32,000 nucleotides of DNA from Bdellovibrionales bacterium (GTDB taxonomy: Bacteria; Bdellovibrionota; UBA1018), in contig JAFEAP010000023.1 in assembly GCA_018266355.1 (NCBI GenBank), positions 151,758-183,757 of the forward strand, given 5' to 3'. A program made the translations under genes and the position numbers. Positions 7,409 to 15,201 of the stretch are shown piece after piece. Below the pieces are notes generated by a model, which was not told the DNA's origin, searched no databases, and saw only the letters and a list, made by a program, of their open reading frames with translations. How positions within the stretch are numbered: the first letter of the stretch is position 1; every line of letters starts with the position of its first letter.

Positions 7409-8743
7409 TTACGCGCGATCTCCGTACCAGGTGAGGAAGTTCGGCAGCGCTTGGGAGGCCATGTGCTTCCGGAGGTCGTCCTTGCGGAGGCCTTCGGCGC
7501 CCGGGAACACGGCCGGATCGTAGATCGCGAAGCAGGCGTTGATCGGTTGGTAGTGCTTCGGGTCCGAGCCGGTGACGTAGCGGAGGAGCGCGCCCATCGC
7601 GGTATTCACCGGCGGGACGTCGAGCGGTTTACCGCGGACGCGATCGAGGATGAAGTTCGCGGCGAGCAGTCCGCACGCCGCGCTCTCGAGGTAGCCCTCG
7701 ACGCCGGTGACTTGGCCGGCGAGGTAAACCCGCGGATGACCCTTGAGCGAGAGATCGGCCCGAAGGACGCGCGGGCCGTTCACGTAGGTGTTCCGGTGGA
7801 TCGAACCGAGGCGGATGAATTCGGCGCGGGCGAGCGCCGGGATCATGCGGAAGATCTTCGATTGCTCGCCGTACTTCAGTTTCGTCTGGAAGCCGACGAG
7901 GTTGTACGCGGTCTTCGATACGTTCTCGGCGCGAAGCTGCACGCACGCGTAGGGGCGCTTGCCCGTGCGCGGGTCGGTAAGACCGACCGGCTTCATCGGG
8001 CCGAAGCGGAGCGTGTCGCGTCCGGTGGCGGCGATCGATTCGATCGGCTGGCAGCCTTGGAATAGGATCTCCTTCTCGAAGTTCTTCGGCGGGACTTTTT
8101 CGCCGGCGAGGAGCGCGTCGAGGAAGGCGTTGTATTCCGGCTCGGAGAGCGGGCAATTCAAGTAGGCGGCTTCCTCGCCCTTATCGTAGCGATTCGCGAG
8201 GAACGCGTGCTCGCGATCGATCGTCGCGGCGTCGACGATCGGGGCGATCGCATCGTAGAAGTAAAGGTCGTCGCCGGTCTGGGCGCCGATCCACGCCGCG
8301 AGGGCTTCCGAAGTGAGTGGTCCGGTCGCAAGCAGCGTGATGCCGTCCTCGAACGGGCGCGTGACTTCGCCCGCGTGGCGGGTGATCGCGGGATGGGCGG
8401 AGAGTTTCTTCGTCACGTACTCCGCGAAGACGTCGCGGTCGACGGCGAGCGCGGCGCCCGCGGGAACGCGCGCGACGTCGGAGGCCTCGAGGGCGAGCGA
8501 TCCCATCGCGCGCATCTCGGCCTTCATCATGCCCGGCGCGGACACGGGATCGGTCGTCTTGAACGAGTTCGAGCAGACGAGCTCGGCGCAGCGATCGGTC
8601 TTGTGCGCTTCGGTCATCTTCGTCGGGCGCATCTCGTGGAGGTGGATTTCGAGGCCGGCGCTCTCGGCGTGCCGGCCGAGGAACCACGCCGCTTCCGAGC
8701 CCGCGAGTCCGCTGCCGACGATGTGGACTTTCTGCTTCTGCAT
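7409..8743 (-). CDS. trmFO: Methylenetetrahydrofolate--tRNA-(uracil-5-)-methyltransferase TrmFO (Gid)
   Basis: 444 aa. N-terminal FAD dinucleotide fold VHIVGSGLAGSEAAW. TrmFO-typical blocks include LVCSNSFK, LNCPL...EYNAF, FAGQVTGVEGYLESAA-like (YLAGQVTGVEGYLESAACG) and NINFGL-like (PINACFAIY). Confidence 0.93.
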   Translation of the reverse strand: MQKQKVHIVGSGLAGSEAAWFLGRHAESAGLEIHLHEMRPTKMTEAHKTDRCAELVCSNSFKTTDPVSAPGMMKAEMRAMGSLALEASDVARVPAGAALAVDRDVFAEYVTKKLSAHPAITRHAGEVTRPFEDGITLLATGPLTSEALAAWIGAQTGDDLYFYDAIAPIVDAATIDREHAFLANRYDKGEEAAYLNCPLSEPEYNAFLDALLAGEKVPPKNFEKEILFQGCQPIESIAATGRDTLRFGPMKPVGLTDPRTGKRPYACVQLRAENVSKTAYNLVGFQTKLKYGEQSKIFRMIPALARAEFIRLGSIHRNTYVNGPRVLRADLSLKGHPRVYLAGQVTGVEGYLESAACGLLAANFILDRVRGKPLDVPPVNTAMGALLRYVTGSDPKHYQPINACFAIYDPAVFPGAEGLRKDDLRKHMASQALPNFLTWYGDRA

Positions 8744-8797
8744 TCGACGCGGGTTATAACATGTTACTCTCTATATAGAAGAGGAACCCCTCCCGAA

Positions 8798-9727
8798 ATG
8801 AAGCCCGCCCGGCTCGTCGACGCCATCGCGAAGTTTCTGGAAGTGCTTGAAATCCAAAGGAAAGTTTCGAGCCACACCCTTCGGGCGTACGCCTCCGACC
8901 TCGCCGAATGGGTCGGGGCGATGGCCGAGCAGGGATTCGCGGATCTCGCGGCGCTCGACCGGGGTTTGAAACCGCTTCACCTCCGCACGTACCTCGCGAA
9001 GAAAGTGGAAACCCACGAGAAGTCGAGCCTTTGCCGGAAGCTCTCGGCGATCCGGAGTTTCCTGAAACATGCGCGCGCGGAGGGATGGCTCACGCGCGAC
9101 GTCGGTTCGCTCGTACCTTCGCCGAAACTCGAGCGGCACCTGCCGAAATTCCTGCGCATCGACGAAGCGGAAGAACTGATCGAAGCGCCGGATACGGCGA
9201 CCGTGCTCGGACGCCGCGATCGCGCGATTTTCGAGCTGATTTACGGCTCCGGACTGCGCGTGAGCGAAGCGGTCGGGCTCGACCGCGGCGCCGTCGATCT
9301 CGGCGAGGGGTGGGTCCGCGTGCTCGGGAAGGGCTCGAAAGAGCGCACGATTCCGGTTTCGCCGGCCGCCGTCGCGGCGATCGATTCGATGCTCGGCGAT
9401 GCCCCGCAGGGCGATCCGGCCGAGGCGCGGCGGGCGCCGCTGTTCACGAATTTCCGCGGGGGAAGGCTCACCTCCCGGAGCGTCGCGCGCATCCTCGCGA
9501 AGCACCTCGTGCGCATCGCCGCGAGCCGGGCGATTTCGCCGCACGGACTTCGTCATTCTTTCGCCACGCACTTGCTCGCGGCGGGCGCGGATTTACGGGG
9601 AATTCAGGAACTTCTCGGCCACGCCCAGCTCTCCACGACCCAGCGCTACACTCACGTCGATTTGGGCGGCCTCGTCGATGAATATCGCGCGGCGCATCCC
9701 CTGGAAAAGGCGCGCAAGCTAAGGTAG
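8798..9727 (+). CDS. Tyrosine recombinase, XerC/XerD family
   Basis: Real start taken as ATG 8798 (MKPARLVDAIAKFLEVLE...). The longer track ORF from 8207 is antisense to trmFO. The catalytic set is visible: GLRVSE (Arg), HGLRHSFATH (His-x-x-Arg), LLGH, RYTHV (Tyr). Confidence 0.9.
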   Translation: MKPARLVDAIAKFLEVLEIQRKVSSHTLRAYASDLAEWVGAMAEQGFADLAALDRGLKPLHLRTYLAKKVETHEKSSLCRKLSAIRSFLKHARAEGWLTRDVGSLVPSPKLERHLPKFLRIDEAEELIEAPDTATVLGRRDRAIFELIYGSGLRVSEAVGLDRGAVDLGEGWVRVLGKGSKERTIPVSPAAVAAIDSMLGDAPQGDPAEARRAPLFTNFRGGRLTSRSVARILAKHLVRIAASRAISPHGLRHSFATHLLAAGADLRGIQELLGHAQLSTTQRYTHVDLGGLVDEYRAAHPLEKARKLR

Positions 9728-9744
9728 CCTTTTCACCGCACCGC

Positions 9745-10368
9745 ATGGATTGGCTCGTCGATTTCCTCCTTAATTTTTACGGTCCCTGGCCGTACCTGCT
9801 GATTTTCGGAATTCTGCTCCTCTGCGGGTTTGGGCTGCCGGTTCCCGAGGACGTCACGCTCTTCGCGGGGGGGCTGCTCGCGTACTACGGCGTCTGCGAC
9901 CTCTGGCTGATGATCCTCGTTTGCTTCCTCGGCGTGATGCTCGGCGATTCGGCGATGTGGTTCGTCGGCCGCCACTACGGTCGGAAAATCCTGAAGAAGC
10001 CTTTCTTCCATCGCCTCCTACCCGACGAGCGGATCGCGCTCGCGTCCCGAAAACTGAACAGCAAGGGCTCGAAGCGCATGCTCTTCTTCGGGCGATTCAT
10101 GCCGGGGCTTCGCGCCCCGATTTATTTCACGTCGGGACTCCTGCACGTTCCGTACATCCGATTCTTCTCGATGGACGGACTCGCGGCGGCGATCAGCGTC
10201 CCGCTCTTCGTCGGCTCCGTCTATTACTTCGGCGATTCGCTCGATTCCGTCATCCGGTGGATCAAACGCTTCGAGCACGGGATCGTCTTCATCGTGATCG
10301 GCGCGGGACTTTTTCTCGCGTTCCGCTGGTGGCGTTCGCGCCGGACCACGCCCGAGGGGGTCGCGTGA
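9745..10368 (+). CDS. DedA-family (SNARE-associated/VTT) membrane protein
   Basis: 207 aa. YLLIFGILLLCGFGLPVPEDVTLFAGG and FFGRFMPGLRAPIYFTSG are DedA hallmarks. Confidence 0.88.
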   Translation: MDWLVDFLLNFYGPWPYLLIFGILLLCGFGLPVPEDVTLFAGGLLAYYGVCDLWLMILVCFLGVMLGDSAMWFVGRHYGRKILKKPFFHRLLPDERIALASRKLNSKGSKRMLFFGRFMPGLRAPIYFTSGLLHVPYIRFFSMDGLAAAISVPLFVGSVYYFGDSLDSVIRWIKRFEHGIVFIVIGAGLFLAFRWWRSRRTTPEGVA

Positions 10369-11357
10369 GAGCGCGCCTCGCTTTCGTTTTGCCCGCGATC
10401 GGACTCGGGCTCGCGTTCGCGTTCGGCGGGTGTACTTCCCGTTCGACGCCCGAGCCCGCGAATCCGACGGCCGAAGCGGTGGCGGTCGCGCCCGCCGATG
10501 ACGCGAAGACGAAGCAGGCGATCTTCGATCTCTGCCGGAAGATGGACGAGTCGATCGCGCCGTTCAGGTGGGACCTGAAAACCTGCGCGGACATCCCGTG
10601 GCGCACGGACCGGAATTCCGAGGAGGGCCGCCCGCTCATCTACGCCGAGTTCGGCGAACCGACGAGCGCGAACAAGACGCTCATCCTCGCGATGGTCCAC
10701 CCCGACGAGATCACGCCGCTCTACCTCGGCTTCCAGCTCGCGCAGTACTTCCGCGCGCACGAGTCCGAACTGAAGGACGCGCACGTCGTCGTCGCGCCGT
10801 TCGTGAATCCGGACGGGTTCTTCCGCAAACCGCGGACGCGGATGAACGCCCGGGGCGTCGACGTGAACCGGAATTTCGATACTCCGCTCTGGCGGGAGAA
10901 GGCCGTGAAGGAGTGGAACACGAAGCTCGGGAAGAACCCGCGCCGTTTCCCCGGCAACGCGCCGAACTCCGAAGCCGAGACGAAGTTCCAAGTCGACCTG
11001 ATCGAGCGCTTCAAACCGGCGAAAATCCTTTCGATCCACGCGCCGCTGAACGTGATGGACTACGACGGCCCGACGAGCCTCACCCTCGATCGCTTCGCGA
11101 AAGAGTACGTGCACGAGTGCTACCAGCTCCGGAACCGCATCCGCGCGAAAATGACCGGATATTTCCCGGGTTCGCTCGGGAATTATTCGGGCGTCGAACG
11201 GGGTATCCCGACGGTCACCCTCGAACTCCCGTCCGCGAATCCGAAGCTCGCGGAAGCGTATTGGAAGAAGTTCCAGCCCGGGATCCACTCGATGGTCGAC
11301 TTCAAGTTCGAGAACGACGATCGGAAGATCGTGACGAATCCGCCCCGTCGTAAATAG
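10365..11357 (+). CDS. M14-family zinc carboxypeptidase lipoprotein (MpaA/gamma-D-Glu-DAP peptidase-like)
   Basis: Start taken as GTG 10365, overlapping the DedA stop (GTGA). Lipobox LAFAFGGC. Zinc and catalytic blocks are MVHPDEITP, PFVNPDG, GVDVNRNF, SEAET and ILSIHAPL. The track ORF from 9921 is an out-of-gene N-terminal extension. Confidence 0.8.
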   Translation: MRARLAFVLPAIGLGLAFAFGGCTSRSTPEPANPTAEAVAVAPADDAKTKQAIFDLCRKMDESIAPFRWDLKTCADIPWRTDRNSEEGRPLIYAEFGEPTSANKTLILAMVHPDEITPLYLGFQLAQYFRAHESELKDAHVVVAPFVNPDGFFRKPRTRMNARGVDVNRNFDTPLWREKAVKEWNTKLGKNPRRFPGNAPNSEAETKFQVDLIERFKPAKILSIHAPLNVMDYDGPTSLTLDRFAKEYVHECYQLRNRIRAKMTGYFPGSLGNYSGVERGIPTVTLELPSANPKLAEAYWKKFQPGIHSMVDFKFENDDRKIVTNPPRRK

Positions 11358-11387
11358 GCTCGCCCGACCGTAGCGAGGCGGGCTGTT

Positions 11388-12560
11388 CTAGTTCGGAAGC
11401 TTCGTGACGAGATCCGCGCGGACCCAAGCCGTGCGATCGGAAGAACCGATGCGCGGGCTTTCGATCTTCATCCATCCGTCCTTCTCTTCGACGAGATTCG
11501 CGACGGCGGAGCGGTCGAGCGTCTGGACGGCGGTTCCCTGCATTCCGGGCGAGGCGCGGAGCACGGCGCGCGGCACGCGGACGATCACCGTCGTCCGGAC
11601 GTTCTCGGCGCGGACGGCGGAGTTCGCCTTCGACCGGATCGAATCGGCTTCGGTCGGGGCGGACGGAGCGGAGGGCGCGATCACCGGCGAAAGCGCTTGT
11701 TTGCCCTCGTGATAGAGGTAGATGCCCGAACCGATCGCGAGGACGATCGCGACCCAAAGCGCGATCATCGGACGCAGGCTCGCGCGGTATTCGGAGACGG
11801 CCTTCTCGGAAGCGAGCGTCGACTCGATGATCGGGTCGACGGACGAGCTCGTGTCGATCACTTCGACGGCTTCCGGCGGCGGGTTCATCACGGTCACGTC
11901 GACTTCCATGTCGTCGATCGCTCCTTCGGCCGAGATCGCGTTCACGGTCGGGATTTCGTCGATCGCGTCGTCGTCGAGCTCGGACGGGAACGCGCGCTCG
12001 ATCAGGTCGATCGGGGTGACCGTCGGCTTCAGCAGGAACGCGGGCGGCTTCGCGTAGGCGAAGACCGGGGGCGCGGCGGCGACGTCGTCTTCGATCGCGT
12101 TCGCGTCGGCGATCGCGATGGATTCGAAAGAGGGCACGAACGGCGGCGGAGCGCTCGGGCGGGTCACGATCGCATCCATCGCCATGTTCATCGTCATCAT
12201 CGCCGCGTTCGGCGGCGGCGGCGTCGCGGATCGGGCGGACGGAGACGGCGCGGGCGCGATCGCGTCGATCTTCGCCGCGATCTTCGTCGCGTTCGAGAGT
12301 TTGTCAGTCAGATCGCGGATCTGCGATTCCATCGATTGGATCTTCGTCGTCGCGTTCGCGGTCTGGGTGAGCCGGAGTTCGACTTCGAGCTGGGCTTCTT
12401 CCTCGAGGCGGCGCGCCTTCACATAATCGGCGAGAACCGCGCTCCGATGGACGAGCGCCATACCTTTGCACTTCGCGCAGCGGACGTAGGCCTTCTTCGT
12501 GTTCTCGAAGTCGATGCCGGCGGTGACCAGTTCTTCGCAGTGAGGGCAGTTCCAACGCAT
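11388..12560 (-). CDS. MJ0042-type zinc-ribbon protein with coiled coil, one TM helix and a C-terminal SH3-like domain
   Basis: Start taken as ATG 12560 (MRWNCPHCEELV...VRCAKCKG), with GGAG about 8 nt upstream. Coiled coil EEEAQLEVELRL...IRDLTDKL. TM helix MIALWVAIVLAIGSGIYLY. C-terminal tail is SH3b-like (...EEKDGWMKIE...AWVRADLV). Confidence 0.7.
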   Translation of the reverse strand: MRWNCPHCEELVTAGIDFENTKKAYVRCAKCKGMALVHRSAVLADYVKARRLEEEAQLEVELRLTQTANATTKIQSMESQIRDLTDKLSNATKIAAKIDAIAPAPSPSARSATPPPPNAAMMTMNMAMDAIVTRPSAPPPFVPSFESIAIADANAIEDDVAAAPPVFAYAKPPAFLLKPTVTPIDLIERAFPSELDDDAIDEIPTVNAISAEGAIDDMEVDVTVMNPPPEAVEVIDTSSSVDPIIESTLASEKAVSEYRASLRPMIALWVAIVLAIGSGIYLYHEGKQALSPVIAPSAPSAPTEADSIRSKANSAVRAENVRTTVIVRVPRAVLRASPGMQGTAVQTLDRSAVANLVEEKDGWMKIESPRIGSSDRTAWVRADLVTKLPN

Positions 12561-12783
12561 GGTTCTTCTCCAGTTCCTATCTTCTAGGATCGAAGAAGGA
12601 GGGGATCGGAACAATCGGTAGAATCTGCCTCTATATAATGAGGACGACGGGGCAATTTCTGCCGAGCGGGAGTCCGCGTTTTCTCCGTACTGGACTCCGG
12701 TGAGGTCGAATATAACGCGATAAGTCAAATCTCTGACCCCGAACCCCCGATGGGGCTCGTTTACCGCTTATCCCGGAGTTTTT

Positions 12784-13107
12784 ATGAAAATCGCGTTCGT
12801 CCTCGCCGCCCTCGTCGTTTCGTCCGTCCCGAACTTCGCTTTCGCCGCCACCGAAGTCGTGTGCGAAGCGGCCACGATCGTCACGAACCCGGGCGGAGAC
12901 GGCTCGACCCAAACCCAGGGCGACGATGACGGCGAAAAGATCAACAAGCGGATCGCCGAGCTCCAAGCCCAAGGCAAGAAGGTCCAAATCAAGGCCCTCA
13001 CGTCCTCCGCGGCCGCGCTTTCGCCAGCGGCGGCGCTGAACCAAAGCCGTCAAATCGTGACGAAGGGATTCATGTACTCGAAGAACTGCGCGGCGCTCGA
13101 ATACTGA
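12784..13107 (+). CDS. Small secreted protein, unknown function
   Basis: 107 aa. Clear Sec leader MKIAFVLAALVVSSVPNFAFA/A. Two Cys in the mature part. No recognisable domain. Confidence 0.6.
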   Translation: MKIAFVLAALVVSSVPNFAFAATEVVCEAATIVTNPGGDGSTQTQGDDDGEKINKRIAELQAQGKKVQIKALTSSAAALSPAAALNQSRQIVTKGFMYSKNCAALEY

Positions 13108-13122
13108 GCGCGCGTAGATGGC

Positions 13123-13914
13123 TTACGTGCCCGTAGGAGATTCGACCGACGGCGGTAACGCCGTGGCCGACGGGCCCGCGGGCCCGGCCGTTTCGTCGAA
13201 GATCCGAATGACGACGCGGCGATTGCGATCGTTCGCGGTCGTCTCGTCGACGGCGGCCGGATCGCGTGCGGGCTCGACTTCCGGCCGCGTGTCCGCATAA
13301 CCGATCGCCACCAGGCGCTTCGGATCGAAACCGTGGTCGATGAACGCGCGCACGACGCGCGCGGCGCGGGCGCTCGAGAGTTCCCAGTTCGAAGGATACG
13401 GACCGGAGAGGATCTTCCGCGAGTCGGTGTGCCCTTCGACGGCGACCTTGAACTGCTTGTGTTCGGCGGTTTGGATACGGGAAATCTCGGCGAAGAACGG
13501 TTCGAGGGTCTTCGCGCCTTCGGGCGAAATCTCCGACGAGAGCGTGTCGAAGAAGGTCGTCGATTGGAAGACGAGCGAGACGCCGTCGGCGCCGAAGCGC
13601 ACGGCGGCTTCCTTCTCGAGGCCGTTTTTCTCGATCACTTGGTGGAGGAAACGCGCGTACTCGGCGTTCGCCGACTTGAAATCGCCGCCGAACTGCTTCG
13701 CGACCGACTCGCGCACCTTCTCGTACTTCGTCGCATCGAGCTTCGCGAACGAGAAGAGCATGATGAAGAAGCCGCAGAGGAGCGTCATGATGTCCGCGTA
13801 GGACATCAGCCAGTTCGACTCGTCGTGGCCGGCGGCGTGGAGATACGGATCGATCTCCGGGTGCCGGCTCTGCTCGACGACTTCGGGTTGCTTCTTTCTA
13901 TCCAGCCAGCCCAT
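13123..13914 (-). CDS. motB: Flagellar-type stator protein MotB (OmpA-like peptidoglycan-binding C-terminus)
   Basis: 263 aa. NWLMSYADIMTLLCGFFIMLF carries the conserved channel Asp. The C-terminus VEGHTDSRKI...SNWELSSARAARVVRAF...GYADTRP is an OmpA/MotB PG-binding motif. Confidence 0.9.
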   Translation of the reverse strand: MGWLDRKKQPEVVEQSRHPEIDPYLHAAGHDESNWLMSYADIMTLLCGFFIMLFSFAKLDATKYEKVRESVAKQFGGDFKSANAEYARFLHQVIEKNGLEKEAAVRFGADGVSLVFQSTTFFDTLSSEISPEGAKTLEPFFAEISRIQTAEHKQFKVAVEGHTDSRKILSGPYPSNWELSSARAARVVRAFIDHGFDPKRLVAIGYADTRPEVEPARDPAAVDETTANDRNRRVVIRIFDETAGPAGPSATALPPSVESPTGT

Positions 13915-13921
13915 ATCGGAT

Positions 13922-14704
13922 TTACGCCGCCTTCTTCAGGACGCGTTCGCCCGGGAGGAGGAACGAGTTCAGCCCTTCGCGCATCGCGACCGGGTTCACT
14001 TGGGACTTCAGCATGACCGCGCCTTCCATCATGATCCGGCGGAGGTTCATCTCCTCGCGCGTGCGCTCGGTCAGGTTCTCCGCGATCGGGAGGAAGACGA
14101 GGTTCGCGAGCGCGATCCCGTAAAGGGTGCCGATGAGGCCGACGGACATCGCCGGGCCGATCAGCGACTGGGAATTCGGTTGGCCGATCTTCTGGAGGAC
14201 GCCGATCATCCCGAGCGTCGTCGCGAGGAGGCCGAACGCCGGCGGGAAACGCCCGATCGTGCGGAACATGTTCGCCTCGAGCAGGTAACGGCCCTCGATC
14301 GTCTTGATCCGCTGTTCGAGCGTCGAACGGATCTCCTTGTCGGTGAGGACGCCGCCGGCGACGAGCGTGACGGCTTCCTTCAGGAACGGGTGCGAGATCG
14401 CGTTCGCGGCTTCCTTCAGCGTCGGCAGGCCCATCGCGGCCTTGCGATTCAATTCGAGGAGCTGCGAGATCGCGCCCTGGTAGTCGACGGCGTTCCGGCC
14501 GAGCACCCGGTTCACGAAGACTTTCGTGAGGGCGAAAATCTTGGAAAGCGGGAAACTGATCGACGTCGCGGCGAACGTCCCGCCGATGACGATCAGGATG
14601 CCGTGAAAATCGAGGAAGAACCCGAGATTGTCCGTCGTGGCGGTCATCGCGCCGTACATCACGCCGAGTCCGACGAGGAGCCCGAAGAGGGAAGAGGGAT
14701 TCAT
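13922..14704 (-). CDS. motA: Flagellar-type stator protein MotA/PomA (MotA/TolQ/ExbB channel family)
   Basis: Start taken as ATG 14704 (MNPSSLFGLLVGLGV...), forming an ATGA overlap with the upstream gene's stop. Four TM helices. Conserved prolines occur in PPAFGLLATTLGMIG and LVFLPIAENL. A charged cytoplasmic loop lies between TM2 and TM3. Confidence 0.9.
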   Translation of the reverse strand: MNPSSLFGLLVGLGVMYGAMTATTDNLGFFLDFHGILIVIGGTFAATSISFPLSKIFALTKVFVNRVLGRNAVDYQGAISQLLELNRKAAMGLPTLKEAANAISHPFLKEAVTLVAGGVLTDKEIRSTLEQRIKTIEGRYLLEANMFRTIGRFPPAFGLLATTLGMIGVLQKIGQPNSQSLIGPAMSVGLIGTLYGIALANLVFLPIAENLTERTREEMNLRRIMMEGAVMLKSQVNPVAMREGLNSFLLPGERVLKKAA

Positions 14705-15201
14705 GCGGCCTTCTTTCCGTCGCCCTTCAAGGCGACCTTCCAAAGCTGGTACTGGGTATCGACGTAGTTATCGTCGAGGCTGCGCAGGCGCTTCGCGAGC
14801 TCCTGGGTGCAGCGGCGGTAGAACTCGCACTTAGCGGTTTCGTTCTGGGCGAGGAAGCGCTGGAACACTTCCGCGGGAAGATGGAACGCCTTCACGGCGG
14901 TCAGCGCCTGGACGGTGGCCGAACGGGGAGCATCGTCGACGAGGGACATCTCGCCGAACGAATGGCCCGCCCGAAGCTGGGCGATCTCGACGAGGTCGCC
15001 CGAGGCGCGGTTCGTCTTGAAGATTCCGACCTGGCCTTCCATGACGAAGAAGAGCCCGCCCGAAGGCTCCCCTTCGATCACCATGAGGGTGAGCGCGTCG
15101 TAGGTGAGGATCTCGCCGCTCTTCAGGAACGTCTCGAGGTCCGCGTCCGAAAACGCGGCGAGGAGCTTCACTTCGCGGAGGTGGGCTGCGGTCATGTTCA
15201 T
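14701..15201 (-). CDS. Stand-alone cyclic-nucleotide-binding (CAP_ED) protein without a DNA-binding domain
   Basis: 166 aa. Beta-roll with an intact phosphate-binding cassette (FGEMSLVDDAPRSATVQA) and a C-terminal helical tail with no HTH. ATGA overlaps occur at both ends (15198-15201 and 14701-14704). Confidence 0.85.
   Translation of the reverse strand: MNMTAAHLREVKLLAAFSDADLETFLKSGEILTYDALTLMVIEGEPSGGLFFVMEGQVGIFKTNRASGDLVEIAQLRAGHSFGEMSLVDDAPRSATVQALTAVKAFHLPAEVFQRFLAQNETAKCEFYRRCTQELAKRLRSLDDNYVDTQYQLWKVALKGDGKKAA

Noticed and set aside
8207-8797. N-terminal ~197-codon extension of the Xer recombinase ORF (likewise 9921..10364 for the M14 gene, 12561..12728 for the zinc-ribbon gene and 14705..14743 for motA)
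   Set aside because: The extensions overlap neighbouring genes or have shadow-ORF composition. Internal starts give proper N-termini (recombinase N-domain, lipoprotein leader, CxxC ribbon, first TM helix), with Shine-Dalgarno sequences or coupling overlaps.
13123-14704. MotA/MotB pair as a Zorya-type anti-phage system
   Set aside because: MotA here is an ordinary 260 aa with no long ZorA-like C-terminal tail. No ZorC/ZorD-like nuclease or helicase genes are adjacent. The neighbours point to an envelope machine, not to defence.
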